From contig NC_047015.1 of the NCBI RefSeq assembly GCF_902652985.1, forward strand, positions 46,872,001 to 46,936,000: a stretch of 64,000 nucleotides of DNA, read 5' to 3'. This document shows, piece after piece, positions 46,601 through 61,600 of this stretch. This DNA comes from Pecten maximus (lineage: Eukaryota). The position numbers were made by a program, and so were the translations under genes. Each line of letters begins with the position of its first letter. The first letter of the stretch is position 1. The notes below the pieces were generated by a model. That model searched no databases. It saw nothing but the letters and a program-made list of their open reading frames with translations, and was not told where the DNA came from.

Positions 46601-49600
46601 AGAACCATACAAAGAAATTATGGAACAGATATGCCAGTGGTTTTCATGGAGTTTTGCCACCAAATAATCACTAATAATCACCATGCAGCTATCACTTCTA
46701 GATCCAGACAGACTATAACGTTAAAACCACACAACTGAAAATAAGTATGGAAAAAAAAAAACACCAACGAAAAAACTATCTCAGGGTTCATGAGAAAGTG
46801 CATATAAAACTACCTCTTTTGTCTATATACTGTACATGTACTGGTACACTATAATAGTTGGAACCTGTTTAATTTTCAACATTTATATCTCTATTGCTCC
46901 TGCACAATATGACTTTACTTTATATTATTTTTCTTATTTGATATGGAAATTCTGTGTACTTGTTCATCAGCCAAAAATAGCAAAATACAAGTTTATGCTA
47001 AAATTAGAAATATTTTACATTATTTCCTCCTCAGACCCCTTACAATAAAAAAAGAAAATAATAAAAGGAAAGATGAATCAATCCAATTAACGGCACTTTC
47101 TGAATAACCCTGGATAGCTAAGCCTCTATACAAAACATCATGCAACAACTCCCAAGCCTTTACAATAACTGCTTGGAGAACAACCTGAATCTCTTGCTGT
47201 AGGTTTTTCTCCATAATCGACCGCTTCTTAAGAATCTCCTTCTTAAGAGCTTCCTTGTGTTTGAATAAAGTGCCCTGAAGTTTGGCTACCATTAGTCTTT
47301 TATGTTTCTCCTCCTCCATTTCCTGCTTCTTCATTCGCCGGCTCTCGTCTCGCTCCTTCTTCTCGATTTTTTCAATGACATTTCTAAGTACTTGTCCACA
47401 GACTGTGAGTCTGGAACAACAGAAAACAATCATCACAGATAATTCAACAATCTATGAATAGTAATACTAGAATACAGATTCATTTCTGCACCTTTGCCAT
47501 CAGAAATTTTACTGAAATTTGTTTTTTTTGTTTTAGTTTTATGCACGTTAAACAATTTCATCAATCATCAAATAAAATAAATGGAATCAAATAACAAAAT
47601 TCATTACCTATTCTGCTCTTCCTTTTCCACTACAGTAGATTTGAGTTGGCGTGGACGGTTCAGGTCGGGTAATGCTGTGGGTAGCTGGGCTTTACTTATT
47701 GCCGAGATTGGAACTTTGGCCCCTTCCACCCCTAGATCAGAGCCTGCAGCAGATATGGTGATGCTGTCTGCAAGTTCCGCTAGGGAACCAGAAGTTTTTG
47801 GCTGCGTCATTAGTCGTTGCATGGCCAGTAGTTTGGCCTGTATTTCCGGTGTCTGGTTCTGCATCAAAGCTTGACGTACCACTGTGTTAAAGGGCATAAG
47901 GAATTTGTAAATTTGCAAAAGAAATGAAAGATGATATCCAACATATCAACTTCAATGTTGAAGTCAACAATTTCAAGGTCAAAGTGTTTAAATCTGTGTG
48001 TTTGTTAGGATATAAATAACTATGGGTTAATATGATACAGACTATAACAGACTGGTCTTTTTTATGATCACTTTCCACGAGAAGGGAAAATAATGGAGAG
48101 CCACGCTTAATGTTTCCCAAAAATAAATCTCAAATTAACCAGGGACAAGTTTCATCCTTAACTTAAAATTTTCCATAGGAAAGCATTACAGAATACAGGG
48201 AAGGCTCCCCAAGTTAAGGAATGCTGATGAAACTGAGGCCCTATTAATTTTCAATCTAATAAAAAGCAGACTCCACTCCACTTCCACTCCTCTACGACAC
48301 ACTGCAATACAAGATCTAACAATAACCCATTGGAGGTCATCTCAGCATGACTTTGATCTTCAAATATAAGCCAATGAAAACTGGTCAATGACATCATTAG
48401 TCAACCAATGACAAAGAGTCTTATATGAGCCTTTGGTTGCGACTCCAATTAGTATTTACGACCCAATTCACCGCTTGATTTGAAATACGCAAAATTTAAC
48501 AAACATTATCGGTGGACTATCTTAATGGACACGGTAACAAAAGAAATTGCTTAATCCTATGGACGTTACAGTGAAAGAAGAACAGAAAACGTTGATTCAA
48601 TATATCATCGATAGGACGGATTGTGTTGCCAACTGGATTTTGAAAATCATAACTGAACTCATTATTCCCTTTCAAACTAATTTTTTTTTTTTCACGACAC
48701 TGTTGCCTTCACTGTCTATTTTTGGTATGATTAAGGAAAAACCACACAGGCAGCACACATTTGTTAATCTATAAATTCATTAAGGTGTTCTTTGTGAACC
48801 GAAGTGGGCAAAGCCGTATCATTTACCGTTGCTATCGACCATCAGAATACCTCGGGAACATTACGTAAGTATTTATATTTCCTAAGAATGAAATCACCGA
48901 CAATTTCATTGATTGGCTGAGCTCAAAGGTCATGCTGAGATGACCTCCTACAGGGCATTGTTAGATCTTGTATTGCAGTGTATCATAGAGTATCGTAAAG
49001 GAGCGAAATTACAAGTCTAGTTTTAATTAGATTGGATTAATTTTCTGTGCCAAGTAAATCGCACAAGGGTGCTTCACCAATTCAATCTTTTAATCTTAAA
49101 AACTCACCTTGCTGTACAACTTGAGGTGTGACCGCATACTTAGTCGCAGCAGCTGCAGACACAGTTGTAACTGGGGCAGCAGAAACTGCTGTAGTTACCT
49201 GTGGCCGAGCCATCAGCAGTGGTTGACCCTGTGGTCGTGGTGACTGAACTATCAGCTGACCAGGCAAGGCAGTTCTGGAGGCTGTCATTATTTTGGGTAT
49301 GCCACTTGACCCCACCTGCGGTAAGGAGGTAACTGTGATAGGTGAATTGGAGGATACTGGCTTTTGTAAAGTGATAGTTTTGATGGCTGATGCTAATGCT
49401 CCAGCTGTAGATGAAGTTGTCATGGTGACAGCCTGAGTTCCAGACAATGCTGTGGAACCTGTGGCTAGCCCTGGTGCAATAACTTTTGGCGTAGCCAGGG
49501 AGATAGATGTGGGACTGTTGCCCTTGACTACAGTGGCAACAAGACCACCCTCCTTGGCTGCAGAGACAAGGCTAATGCCAGGACTGGAGGAGCCTAATGC

Positions 49601-52600
49601 TGATGGAAGGTTCTGTGATGGAATGATGATTCTGGCTGGTGTGGTAGCCGTCTGTGTGCCACCGCTAGCATTGCTTACGATGATGGAGGTCTGAGGGCGA
49701 ATGGCAAGCTGTGTGCGGGGTGGAGCCAGGGCAGGAGAGGCCACAGTGGTTGCAGGAGTGACTGCAGGGGTGGGAGTAGCAGTAGCCACTTGTGGGGACT
49801 GTGGCATTGATAAGAGCTGGAGACGCCCATCAGGTAATCGGATGATCTGCTGACCTGTTGAGCAATATAAAGGCAACAATTAAACAATAGTGAAAAATAT
49901 TCAGTCAGAAATTCACTTCAAATTGCCCGATAATGTACTGCATAATTTAGGAAAGTATGGTTTGTGTGCGAAATCAAAGCAGACAGAATCTTGGAAATGC
50001 ACGTAAACGCTGGACAGTGAATTTGGATAATTTAAAACTGACTTAGAAGGAAATGGAATTCATACCAGGCAGGAGTCCCCGCACTTGTAATTGACCCTGG
50101 GGGCCCTGGATGATCTGTAGATTCTGCACCTGGCCTGGCACACCCTGAGCCACTACCTGAGGCCGAAGTTGGACTGCAAATGGCAAGAAAACGAGTCAGC
50201 ATTGGCTTCAAATTTCTTAAATTTATTTTTTGCTGAAAAGTACAATTTAATCTATGAAATGGCATCTAATTTTCTATTTGTAGTTGGAATTATTTCCCCA
50301 AAATATTAAATGTCTGGTGTTGCCAGAGAAAACTCATGCTAGAGCTATTCTAGACAGGAATATTAAACTGCCATGGTAGGGTGAATACCTTTGGGTGTCA
50401 GTGGCTGGGGTGTTGAGGAGGCTGGAGCAGGGACAACCACCCTGGCAGGGGAAGTTACTGTGTTTGTGGTGACCGCTGTTGTAGCCTGTCCTGGTTTCGG
50501 GGCAAGTGTGATATTTGAGGAACTGGATGATTGGATCTGTTGAACAGCTGACCTAGGGATCTGGAACCGCACTAGTGAACGACCAGGTGTACCTTGACTA
50601 CCTATAAACAGCAAAAATAAAAGATTAACTAACATAAAATGGTAACAAGTACAACAGTGATATTTAAGTAAATTGCAATATGAATCTTTAGTGAACAGTG
50701 ATTTTCGTTACCATGTTACTTTCAAATTACAAAATATTTACACTACTACAAAGCAGCAAATTGAGACCTCATTCAGTTTTCTTATTTCAAAACAGTGTAT
50801 AGTTGGTAATATTCACAGGGGATTTTTAATTCTCCTTCATTCCTGGTCATTAAAAATTTAGAGCAAAATAAATACCCAGTTAATATTTATATTTACATAA
50901 TGTTTTTCCAGACGTTGTTGCAAGAAATTAAATACCAGTGAACTAGGTCAGATTGTGACAACCGCGAAACACTGACCTTTTGAAATTAACACCTATACAG
51001 TACCTGGGATATATCCAAGAAAAATTAAGATTTACTTAAATTTGTGGTAATAAACAGGAAATACAACCATTGATTTATTTGGAATCTCGAGGTAAAGCAA
51101 GATTATATTTAATATTGTAACAGCAGTTTTTGATATCTAAATCTACACTAGTTTTTTTGAAATAATTCATCATATTTGATGGCAGATTTCTACTGTAAGA
51201 CTTCTTCAAAATGTAGATGACTTATTTAACTTTATCATAAAACACAGCTGATAGCTGAGCACTGACCTGCTATGATTGTTTTAGGCTGGACCTGGACAGT
51301 CTTGAGTATACTGGTACCACCGAGTATTGAGTTTGAGGTGGTAGCCGGCTTGATAATGGTGCCACCTGCGGTGCTCTGTACCGTGGAGATAAGAGAGGTG
51401 GCAGCTGCTGTGGAGATAGTGGAGGTCGATGTTGTAGAGGCAGTCGTAGAGCCTTGGGACTCCAGCATACGTTTCTGCTGCAGCGCAAGTCTCTGCTGCT
51501 TTAGTTGCATCTCTAACTGGGCCTTCAGCTGCTGAGCATTCATGGAAGTCTTTACTGAATCCTGGCTTGTCTTCTCTTGAATTGCTGCTCTCTGTTTTGC
51601 TAGCCTAAAATTGAATTTGTTGAAATTGACAAGGATTCATAGTAACACACAAATTCCATGGAAGTATATATGTAGCCTGCACAGCAAGAAATAGATACAT
51701 TTTTTTACTTCAACAAATTAAGTAAGCAAGACCAGCATCACTCAAGTATGCTTGGAATTCAGCAATACAGAGCAGGCACTTTCGGTAAATGAGTATCGCA
51801 TGAAGTTTGAGTTTGATGGGCCAAAGAGAACTGGAGTTATTCAGGGATTCAGATTTTGTATTGCTATGTGACCTTGACCTTTGGACCAGTTAAAAAAATA
51901 ATCCCATGCAAGCACTTGTGATAAAGAAAAGCTGCATAAAAATTGAGTTTAATGGCCCTAAAGGAACTTGAGTTATCAAAAGGAAACAAATTCTTTACTT
52001 TAAGTAACAGTGGCCTTGACATTCGACCTCCGGACCTGAAAAGCAATCACAAGCAAGCAAGTTTGGTAAGGAAGATCTGCATGGAGTTTGATAAGCACAA
52101 GGGAACTTAGAGTTATCTCATGGAAACCTCTGTGCTGATGCCACCGCTGACAGTGATAACTTTTTGTCACCTGCTTCCTGCTTTTGCAGGTGACACAAAA
52201 ATCTAGCTTTTGCAGGTGACACAAAAATCTATCAAATTCAAAATTCAAACTTAATATGATAATATATTTCAGATACTTTACTAATTGAATATGTTTTAAA
52301 TCAAAATTACTTTTCTCCAAACTGTTTGATCTCCCAGAGTTCCAACTCTTCCTCTGGCGTCCATGTTTCTGTCACACTTGGTTCTGTCTGTTTGGGTGAT
52401 TCTGCCCTCCTTCTTTCTCTCAAGCCACTCCTCTGGGGCGTGTACTTCTCTATAAAAGTCATAATTAAACATCAAAATGTTATTTACATTCTAAAGCTTC
52501 AGGAATAAGGAAGGACAGATTTATTGCAAAATTTAATGTAGCATTTCGACTTTAATGACATTAAAGTGCATGTTCAAATGATTCTGGACAGATACAAAAT

Positions 52601-55600
52601 CTCAAAACATAAACTTGAAAACTATTAGCTTTAATTGTAATAACAGGGCTATGTCAACAAACTGCTTAGTGGGCAGATGATATTTAAATATGCTCTAAAT
52701 ATGACATCAAAAATATCAAAACATTTAATCAGGTAAGTTAATACTTTTGTATTGTTATTTTAGAATGGATCAATTTCCAAAAATCTGCCACCATAAAATC
52801 ATATCATTGTTGAATTTTTACCTTTAGGTTGACTAGGCAATCCAAGAGGCACCACAATTTTCCTGACAAGGAACTCGGATCTCAGTCCATCACGTCCAAC
52901 ATCTCGTCGCTTAAGGAGTTCTTTAGTAGTGATTTCTGTCTCTGTAGAAACAGTATTTGTGCCACCAGCAGGTGGCTTGATGGAAAGATCATCCCACCGC
53001 AGACACGCCCACAGAATTCTCATCTGGAGGCCCACTCCACCAAAGGACTTGACAGTTTGAGTTCGGTACCGCCAGGACGTTCTGAACAGAGGCCGAGGAC
53101 AGGGATAGATCCAATTCACATTATTCATCTTGCAATTATAATTGAACTGCTTGGTTTCAGTGTGTCCTTTTGTTCTTGCCATTTTCCGAAGATCATATTT
53201 CTCTAATACTAAAGCTGACCTTTTCCTGCTTGGTGTTAGATACTTATGACAAGGAGGAAGTGATGCCTTTTTCTTTGCTGCTGGTTTTTGTCCAAATTTT
53301 GCATACTTCACTAATTTAATTGGTTCTTTTGTTGACCTGGGTGGTGGCATTTTGGATTTAAGTTCTTGGACACTCATTTTCTCAATGGCTTGCTTCAACA
53401 TGAGCTGTGCCTGTGTGAAAGCCTTCAGGCCTGGACGGTTAGCCAGGAGTTGCGCTACTGCCGCAGCTCGACTAGATGGTGATTTCATTGCTGAAAGTGC
53501 TGAAGAAATAGCAGATGTAGTCCCGGGAGAAGTGGTAGTGGGTGTTTTTGTCACTGTGGAAAGCTGTATCCAATGTTGATGAGTCTGATGATGGTATTTT
53601 TGATGTAGCTGAGCTGCTGTTTGTGTTTTTATTGGTCCCTTCTTCATCCTTTTCCACATCGATGAGTGAATCCTTATCCTCAGATTTTTCTTTTTTGTCT
53701 GTTTTCTCCTCCTTGTCTCCTTCTATGTCCACATCCTCATCTTCCATGCTCATATCAGCAATGGATTTGTCCTTTTCTGTCTCAATCGCATCCTCAGCCA
53801 TGTCCATGTCCATTAACTCACTCTCATCTAACACAACTTTACGGCAAGTGGGTGAGTAGCAGAACTCCTTACCCTTTTCTCTACACATATAGGAGTAACA
53901 TGGCAAAGAGTCCTCATCCAATTCACATGGATCTACCGATTTATCCTCTTTATTTTCAGTGTCTTTATCTTCCATTGAATCTTTTGAATCATCCTTTTTG
54001 TCTGCACCAGGGGAGTTCTGACTCTTTAACTTCCAGTTGATCTGTTGCTGTAGAGCCTGTCTTTGCTTGTTTTCAATCTCCTCCTGTTTCAACCGTCGCT
54101 GTAGGAGTAAGTCAAGTTTAGCATACGGCTTTGTCACTTTTGGATAGTATGTTCTTTCATTCATAGCCCTGCACACATCAACCTGTGGAATTTCCAATTT
54201 CGGAGGCAGAGCATAATTAAATAGATCCAGTTTCTTCTCAGTGTTTTCAGCTTTAGGCAGTACAGATGTCTGAATGCCAGCTTTCTTTATAGGGCTTACA
54301 CTTTCAATGTCAACTTCCATCTTTTCCTCTCCCACAGAAGAGCACTGTGTATGGCTGTTGTTTGCCGCCACACTATTATCACTATTGTCTCTATCATCAG
54401 CACCCTCTGGAGAGCTTTCTTTGACCCCTGATATTTCAACACTTTTTTCTTTGTTGTCATTTGTGTCAATAGCATCAATCGAGTTCACTGAAACCGAATC
54501 TGGTCTCACAACCTCATTAGATGGTGTGGACTCTTTGTCCTTAGAGGTATCAACATCTTCTTTGATAGATCCCTCATTGGAATCTGTAGTCTGGGAAGAT
54601 TCCATTTTTTCCTCTTCCACATTCGTGTCACCCTCCTTATAGTCCAATTCCTCTGTCTTGCCAGGTGAGGATGCTGTTGATGGGACACTATCAACTGCCT
54701 TTGGTAAGGCATCTGCTGCCTTGCGTTTACGAGCCTGGATTTTACGAGCTACATTCCTGAGTCCAACTGTGTCCTGAGGTACAAACTGATATTTTCGTGT
54801 GGAACTAAGCCATCGCCATCCTTGACCACCTGTCACTCGGTACTCCTCTCCTCTCTGCTTCCACACCTGGGAAATAGATACAGCATATTATCATTTACCC
54901 ATCATTAGTCAATATTCGAACTGTATGTTGTAGAATGTTTGTCCACTTCCTAAATACTCCAATGTCGTCAATATTCGAACTCCATGTTGTTAAATATTTG
55001 TCTACTTTGAATTCTAAACACACCAATGTTAGACAGAAACAATTATCTTTCTGTTGTTTTTCTATCTATGACCATGTTGCTAATAGGCCATCAATACTAA
55101 GAAATAAACACATAACTGATATAAAGTGAAACCTGAAATATCAACAAAATACTGTGCCTGAATTCGTTAATAGTAGGTTCTGAAACGTCCTATATTAAGC
55201 TTCAAGTAGTAACCTGTCACTAAACAGTAACCTCTCAATCTCTAAAGTGTAAGATAATTTTGTGGCAATTCTGCCAATATCAAATAGTAGTCTATTATTA
55301 CAACTAAACTTGCTGTATTTCAATGCTCCTTATCAACCAGGAAAACGCAAATACTTAATGTTATAAAATATCACAAGGTACTGAAATATCCCCACCAGCT
55401 AGAGAATAGAGCAGGTATGGTAACCTATACTCTCCACTTTAACACATTTAATATGATACAGTATATTGAAACATAGTTCAATTTCCCCCTCAAACTTCAT
55501 CATTTGTTTCCTTTCCTCCTTCATCAACATACCTGGTGCTTCAAACCCAAAGTGTACTTAATCCACACCAATGGTCGCCCTTCTTCCTCCTCTTCCTTCC

Positions 55601-58600
55601 TCTTTCTCAACTCCTTCTCTCGTTTCTTCATCTCTTCCCTGTCTAAGGACGTTATCTTTTGGAGGCGACAGTGTCCTAATAAAGCAAAAAAGAAGCATGA
55701 GGCCAAAAATACATACCAACTAAAACGTTTTTGTATATTGTGAATTTTGAAATTCAGTGCCTAGAACCATTTAGAGTAATTCATGAAAGTTGCTTCATCT
55801 CTGAAAAAGAGTAATAAGCTGTTGTATATATTTATACAATACAAAAAGTTGCATTCTTTATGTTATTAACACCTTCCTGAAGTCTGAGCTTCTCTTTTCA
55901 CCTCTTAAATTAAGTGAATAGATAATTAATTGCATCCAGGAGTAATTCTATCCTACTTCACCTCTATAATAGGTACTTAGCTCTGGTCTCATAAGCCACC
56001 ATTTTTAGGAAGCTATCATTATTTTTCATTTGTTGACCATTAAACGATTTTGTCTTCTCCACACGACAAGAGACGAAATATATGCCTCAGCAATCTACCT
56101 ACCCAAAGCTTCGGACCATACTGGATTAAATATCACAGGCTTCATGCAAGCTTCAAGAATGGACAGGGCCAGTGAGAAGTCACTGGGTTTGCGACACATG
56201 TGTACAGCATTTGTCCAACTCTGACGATGTAGTGGCCAATTGGGGTGGAGGAATGAACTGGGGATGCTTGACTCCAGCTGTATAATGGTGAGCATTAATG
56301 TCTGTATTACAGTACTCTTCTTGCCATGGTTTGCTCCGTTCCATTTGAACTCACTAGCCTGCGTAAGACTGAACTTATGAGACAGGTAGCGCCGTTTGTC
56401 ACGCTCTTCATTGTGCTGATACTTGTTCAGGGCCAGATTGTTCGTGGCATATTGGTTCACATAATTCTTAAAATTATATTCCATTCCTGTGAAATAATAA
56501 TAATGCTTTTATTGTATCACAAAACCAAACCAATACAATCTTAATCAAGATCAGAAAATTCACAAGTCCTTAAATTTTCAATCCCCTGCGTTGGAAAACT
56601 TTTCTTTCAATAAATTCAATCCTTATAAATATTTTGTTGTATAAATAGAAATTGGGAAGAAAAAAACACAATTTATGATGAAAATGCCCTAATGGTAACA
56701 GAAAGTTCTGTATTAAAACAGGCTGTCATCATCATTTAATCCTGAAAAAAAGCTGGAATATATTTTTGGCTCCTCATTCAGAATCAGAAGTGCAATTTGA
56801 TGATTGTAAATAGAGGGGGACAAAAAGAGTCTGTTGCATCCAAATGTAAAAGCTTCCTCTTTCTGTACCTCTTTAGAAACTTGAATACTGTGAAACAATT
56901 CAAATAAAGAGTTACTGAAGAAACCTGATAAACTTAACTTACCAAGTTTAAAATGCTGGTGCTGTAGAGCGTTGACAGTGGCGGATTTACTCCTAGTTAC
57001 CCTGGTAATATCGCCATCTTTGTTAATGACTAGAAGATCGTCTGATGAGGAAGATGACAGTTTAGAAAGTGTTTTAACCGACGTGGTTCCCGTTATGGAA
57101 TCTGTGAACTGCTTTGGAGTCAGTGACCCTGTTTTAGACCTTGTTACGATTTTTCTGGCTTCTGTAATAAGATTTGTACATGAACTTAAAACTTCTCACA
57201 TAGATGACCACAAACTCTGGGTTCTCCTGGAAACTTCTTATCAAACTTTGCCTGCTTCAATTTGAGATGAACAATTATGTTATTAATAGTACAAGACACA
57301 AAAACTGACCTAAAATCACTCAAAATGACCTTCATTTTAATGTACATCAATCAAGTTCTTATCAATATAAAACATGTTCTTTACAGGGTATGATGGGTAT
57401 GATTCTCAATAAATAATAGGTAGATTGCATAAACTAAGGAAAGGAAGCCAAATTTAGATTGTCACGTTTAAATGACCATATCATAATTGCATGTTGTATT
57501 TCCAGGCAAGAACATGTATGCATCATGCACATATATTTGATGAATAGAACAAATACATTTGATGTGCAAAACATTTATTTTCTTTACTTTAATAAATAAA
57601 CAAAAACAAAGTAAAACCTCAGTAATTCAAGACCTCTACATTATCCTGTTTTTTTTCTGTGTTTTGGGTCGGTTATGCCCCCCCCCCCTTTATATCTATA
57701 GCTTGAAACTTACCTCAAATAATTTCCTTCTCAATTTACAATTTTCTTCCCAAAATGAGACTTTTATTCAATCAACAATTCTTTAGTTTTATTTTATCAT
57801 TTGTTGTCTTTATTCTAATGAGATTGAATCTGAATTCAGGTGTTTGTCATCACTTTACCTGCCAGGGCTGATGCTGTAGTTGTTGTACTAGTTTGCTGGA
57901 TGGTTGTAGTTTCAGCCTTCGTTCCATCAAGTGGCTGTTTACTGACAGCCAGTGTCACCTTATTGCCATCTCTATTCACAATCAAAACAGTTCTAGTCTG
58001 TTTCTGTGGACTGTTGTCATCATTCATTTTCAAGACAGTCTGTTTCACATTTGGACAAACCGACTGAACATTCATAATGGTGGACTTGGGCTTGTCGTTT
58101 ACACCAACTTGAGTGAGATTTTTCAAGTCTAATTTTTTAATATCTATTGGTTGCTTTATTTGGTTTTGAAGATCTGTCAATTGTTCAGATTTTATTTCTT
58201 GATTTGTTTCGCTGGTTTCCAAATTATTTTCAACTATTTCTTCCTTCACCTCAGTTTTAACATCCACTTCCATCTCTTCCTTGACATCCTCCATTTTGGG
58301 AATAACTGATGAAGGTTCTGAAGTGGTTGTGATAGACTTTAATAAAGTTGAAGTGGTTGTTGTTGAGGTCAGAAGTTCTGTCTTTTCCATAGTTGCACTG
58401 CCATTGCCAGAAACAGTAGTAGACATTGTTACATTACTAGTGACTGATGTTGTCGTCTCAGTTTTAATCAATTCTGTTATTTCCGTGTCTGTCTTTTCCT
58501 GTCAAAACAAAAAACATAGTGAATAGCACATATAGAACTATCCTGAATGTAACATCTTTACAGTTGAAACTATCAAAACAATCTACATACAGTAACTTGA

Positions 58601-61600
58601 AGAAGACAATTTCATTAAAATCAGCTGTTACATGGCTACGTTTACTACATACTATGCCTGAACATCTGAAGGTGCTCCGATCAGGGTCACATTCAGGTGA
58701 CCTCCTCGACAATGAATGCTTGTTATGTATTAGCCAATCAGAGATGAGCTTTCCAAAGCCTTTGGTTGCATTTTGGTAAGCAACAAAAGATGCGACAAAG
58801 ATGGTAGATTTAAATGAAGCGATAGGCAAAATTCATTTTCCTTTAATAAAACCTTTTAACTGATGTTTTTCCATCTGTGTGTGTCAATGTTTGAAGTTAT
58901 GCAAAACTGTAAAGTATACACAAATTATAAATCTGTGCGATTTCCTGGGCATCGCTGTCAACGTCATATTGTTTTGCATCGCTGAGCTCTGTTCGATTTC
59001 TCTCAGATCTGATCATGACTAAGCATACCAATAGATGAGAAATATCGAGGCACTGGACAGATTTTGCCAGTGGCAATGTGATTAGTTAATCAAAAGGCTG
59101 ATCGGAGCACATTCAAATGTTCAGGCATAGTACGTAGAAAACGTAGCCGTGTAACAGCTGATTTTAATCAGATTGCTTAGAAGACGACATGCAACCTAAA
59201 CCAAAACTGCTACTGAATCAACAACAAAAACACGAGTTGTCAGAAGACAGTATCGCTTGCTAAATGCAGGTCAAAAGTCACAGTCAAGGTCAGCAGATCT
59301 GTAAATATAGTACCAATAAAAAGGCCTTGTCATAAGGAACAAACGTCATAAAGGCCTATCTCATATGGTTAACATACTGTGGCCAAGATTACATTTTTTG
59401 AAAGTTGATTAAAAGTCAGTCAAGGTCATCTGATCTGCAAATATGGTACCGTTGAAAAGGTCTTGTCACAAAGAATACACATAAAATATGAAAACCCTAT
59501 CTCGTATGGTTTACATAATGTGGCTAAGGTTGAATTATTCTAAAGTAGGTCAAAGGTCATTTATGTAGTACTAACAGAAAGGTCTTGTCACAAGGCACAC
59601 ACGTCAAATATGAAAGCCTTATCATACAGTAACCAAGATTAAAGTTTTTCAAAAGTAGATCAAAGGTCACAGACAAGGTCAGTAGTCCGCAAATGTAGTA
59701 CCAATGAAAAGGTCTTGTCACAATAACTACACATGTCAAATACCTAAGTTGTATCCTCATTAGTATTGACACAACACTGTTTTATAAAAACTTTAATCTA
59801 ACCAGCTGGACTTCATCCCAGCAAGCTCATATGGGTAAAATGACAACCTTTCTATTTTTGGAAAATGTCAACATGCAACGCAGCATTAGTTTTTGTAATC
59901 ATTACCAAATTGTCTAGATGAGTCTCATCTTTAATCTCATCTTTTCCCCATGCTGCTCCATTTTCTTTTGGGCCAACAAGTTCTCCTAATTCTTTATTGT
60001 CTTCCAGATTCCTTTTTTCTTCAGATTCTTCTTCCTCTTTCTTCCTTTTCTCCTCTTCTTCCTCTTTTATTTTCCTTTCTGCCTCTTCTTGTGCTTTCCG
60101 TAAGGATCTTTCAGCTTGTGTCTTGACAATTTCATCTAAAAATTTACAAAAGTTCTTTGATAAAAACCTTGTTTCATAGCAATAAACTGAGCAATACATG
60201 ATGGCAAGCTAATTTACATATATTTGGATAATATGTTATCATCTTTTTCTCTTTTTCTCAAATATAATATTTCCCAATTTTGTTTTAACTGTACTTTTAC
60301 TAAGATGCAAGGATTTATGGATCTGCAGTTTTTTAAAAGTGATAAGTTTTTCATGCATATTCTTAATGGAACTGCTTACTCATTTCCAATTCCAATGCTG
60401 ACTTTTTGTTGCCCTTGTGTAACATAGTGAGTTCGTGCGTGATGGCCATCTGTTTGAGAATATCCTCCTTGAATTCATTAATGGCATTGACCAGATCTTT
60501 CTCCCAGCCCTCAGCATCAAGCATTTCCAGTAACTCATCAATCTGACCCTTTGTACTGTAGTACCAAACACCATTATCACCCTCCCTGCAAATTAAGACA
60601 AATTGAAAAAAGTCAATATTATTTGATTTCATCATTTGATAAAAGTCATTGCAGATTTGTCCTTTTTTTTTTTTTTTTTTTAAATCTTCATATTAGCTCC
60701 TTTCACATCGTCAATATCAAATTTATCCTATAATTACCCCAGAAGCCAACATATATCATTTGATGAAAAGAAAGATATCAGTGTTAGCTTATTGCATGAC
60801 AATGAAACAACATTTCAAGTATTTTTATTGAAGTGAACTGCAATACATTATACTGGTGGGACTATCATCAGACACGGACTTATTGCCAGATATACAAAAT
60901 TGCTTTAATATGTTTAAAATGAAACTAGAACTTGGAACCACGTGTAAAACAATATGCCACAATAATTTAAGAACTGTTATTAAACAACTATTCTTGGCCT
61001 TGATGACCTTTTCAGTGTTGATGGGCCATTGAAGAATGCAAAAGTTAACTAACCAACCAACATCACTTTCACACTACATCACAAAGATCTTTTACCTGTA
61101 TAGTGTGCAGTATATTTATAGTCTTCTATATATAGCTACTCCTCAAAAGTTTTGATTGAGAGGTCAGTTGTTGTCATATACATATATATATGCACCTTAT
61201 AATTATTTACACTTGGAAAATTTTAATCAGAATTGGATTTACTTAAACCATGTTAAAAGTCTTACACTATGATCCTCCGCACCAGAAACCAGTATTTCCT
61301 TCCATGTCTGTCAAATCCAATAGGTTCTTGTCTGCATAAAAGACCACTTTTCTCTGCTTCGGATACACAGTCTGTCACACCTTTAACCTACATAACATAT
61401 TGATATTAAACATACTGCTTATAGTTATATCACAACAGATCTAGACTTTCTATGGAGGTTTAAGAGCTGAAACATGACTCAGGTTAATATTTTACCAATG
61501 CAATTTTACCAAATCATGATAAAAAACTTTTAAAGGTTGCTTATAAACATTATGCAGGCTAAACAATTCTACCAGACTAATGTCAAAAACCAGCATAAAT

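Noticed and set aside
50066-50173. Second BPTF frameshift at the C-run
   Set aside because: Recounting gives an in-frame 108-nt exon ([18 protein letters not shown]).
49452-58526. Plus-strand ORFs overlapping BPTF
   Set aside because: They are antisense shadows of Ser/Thr/Glu-rich coding exons.
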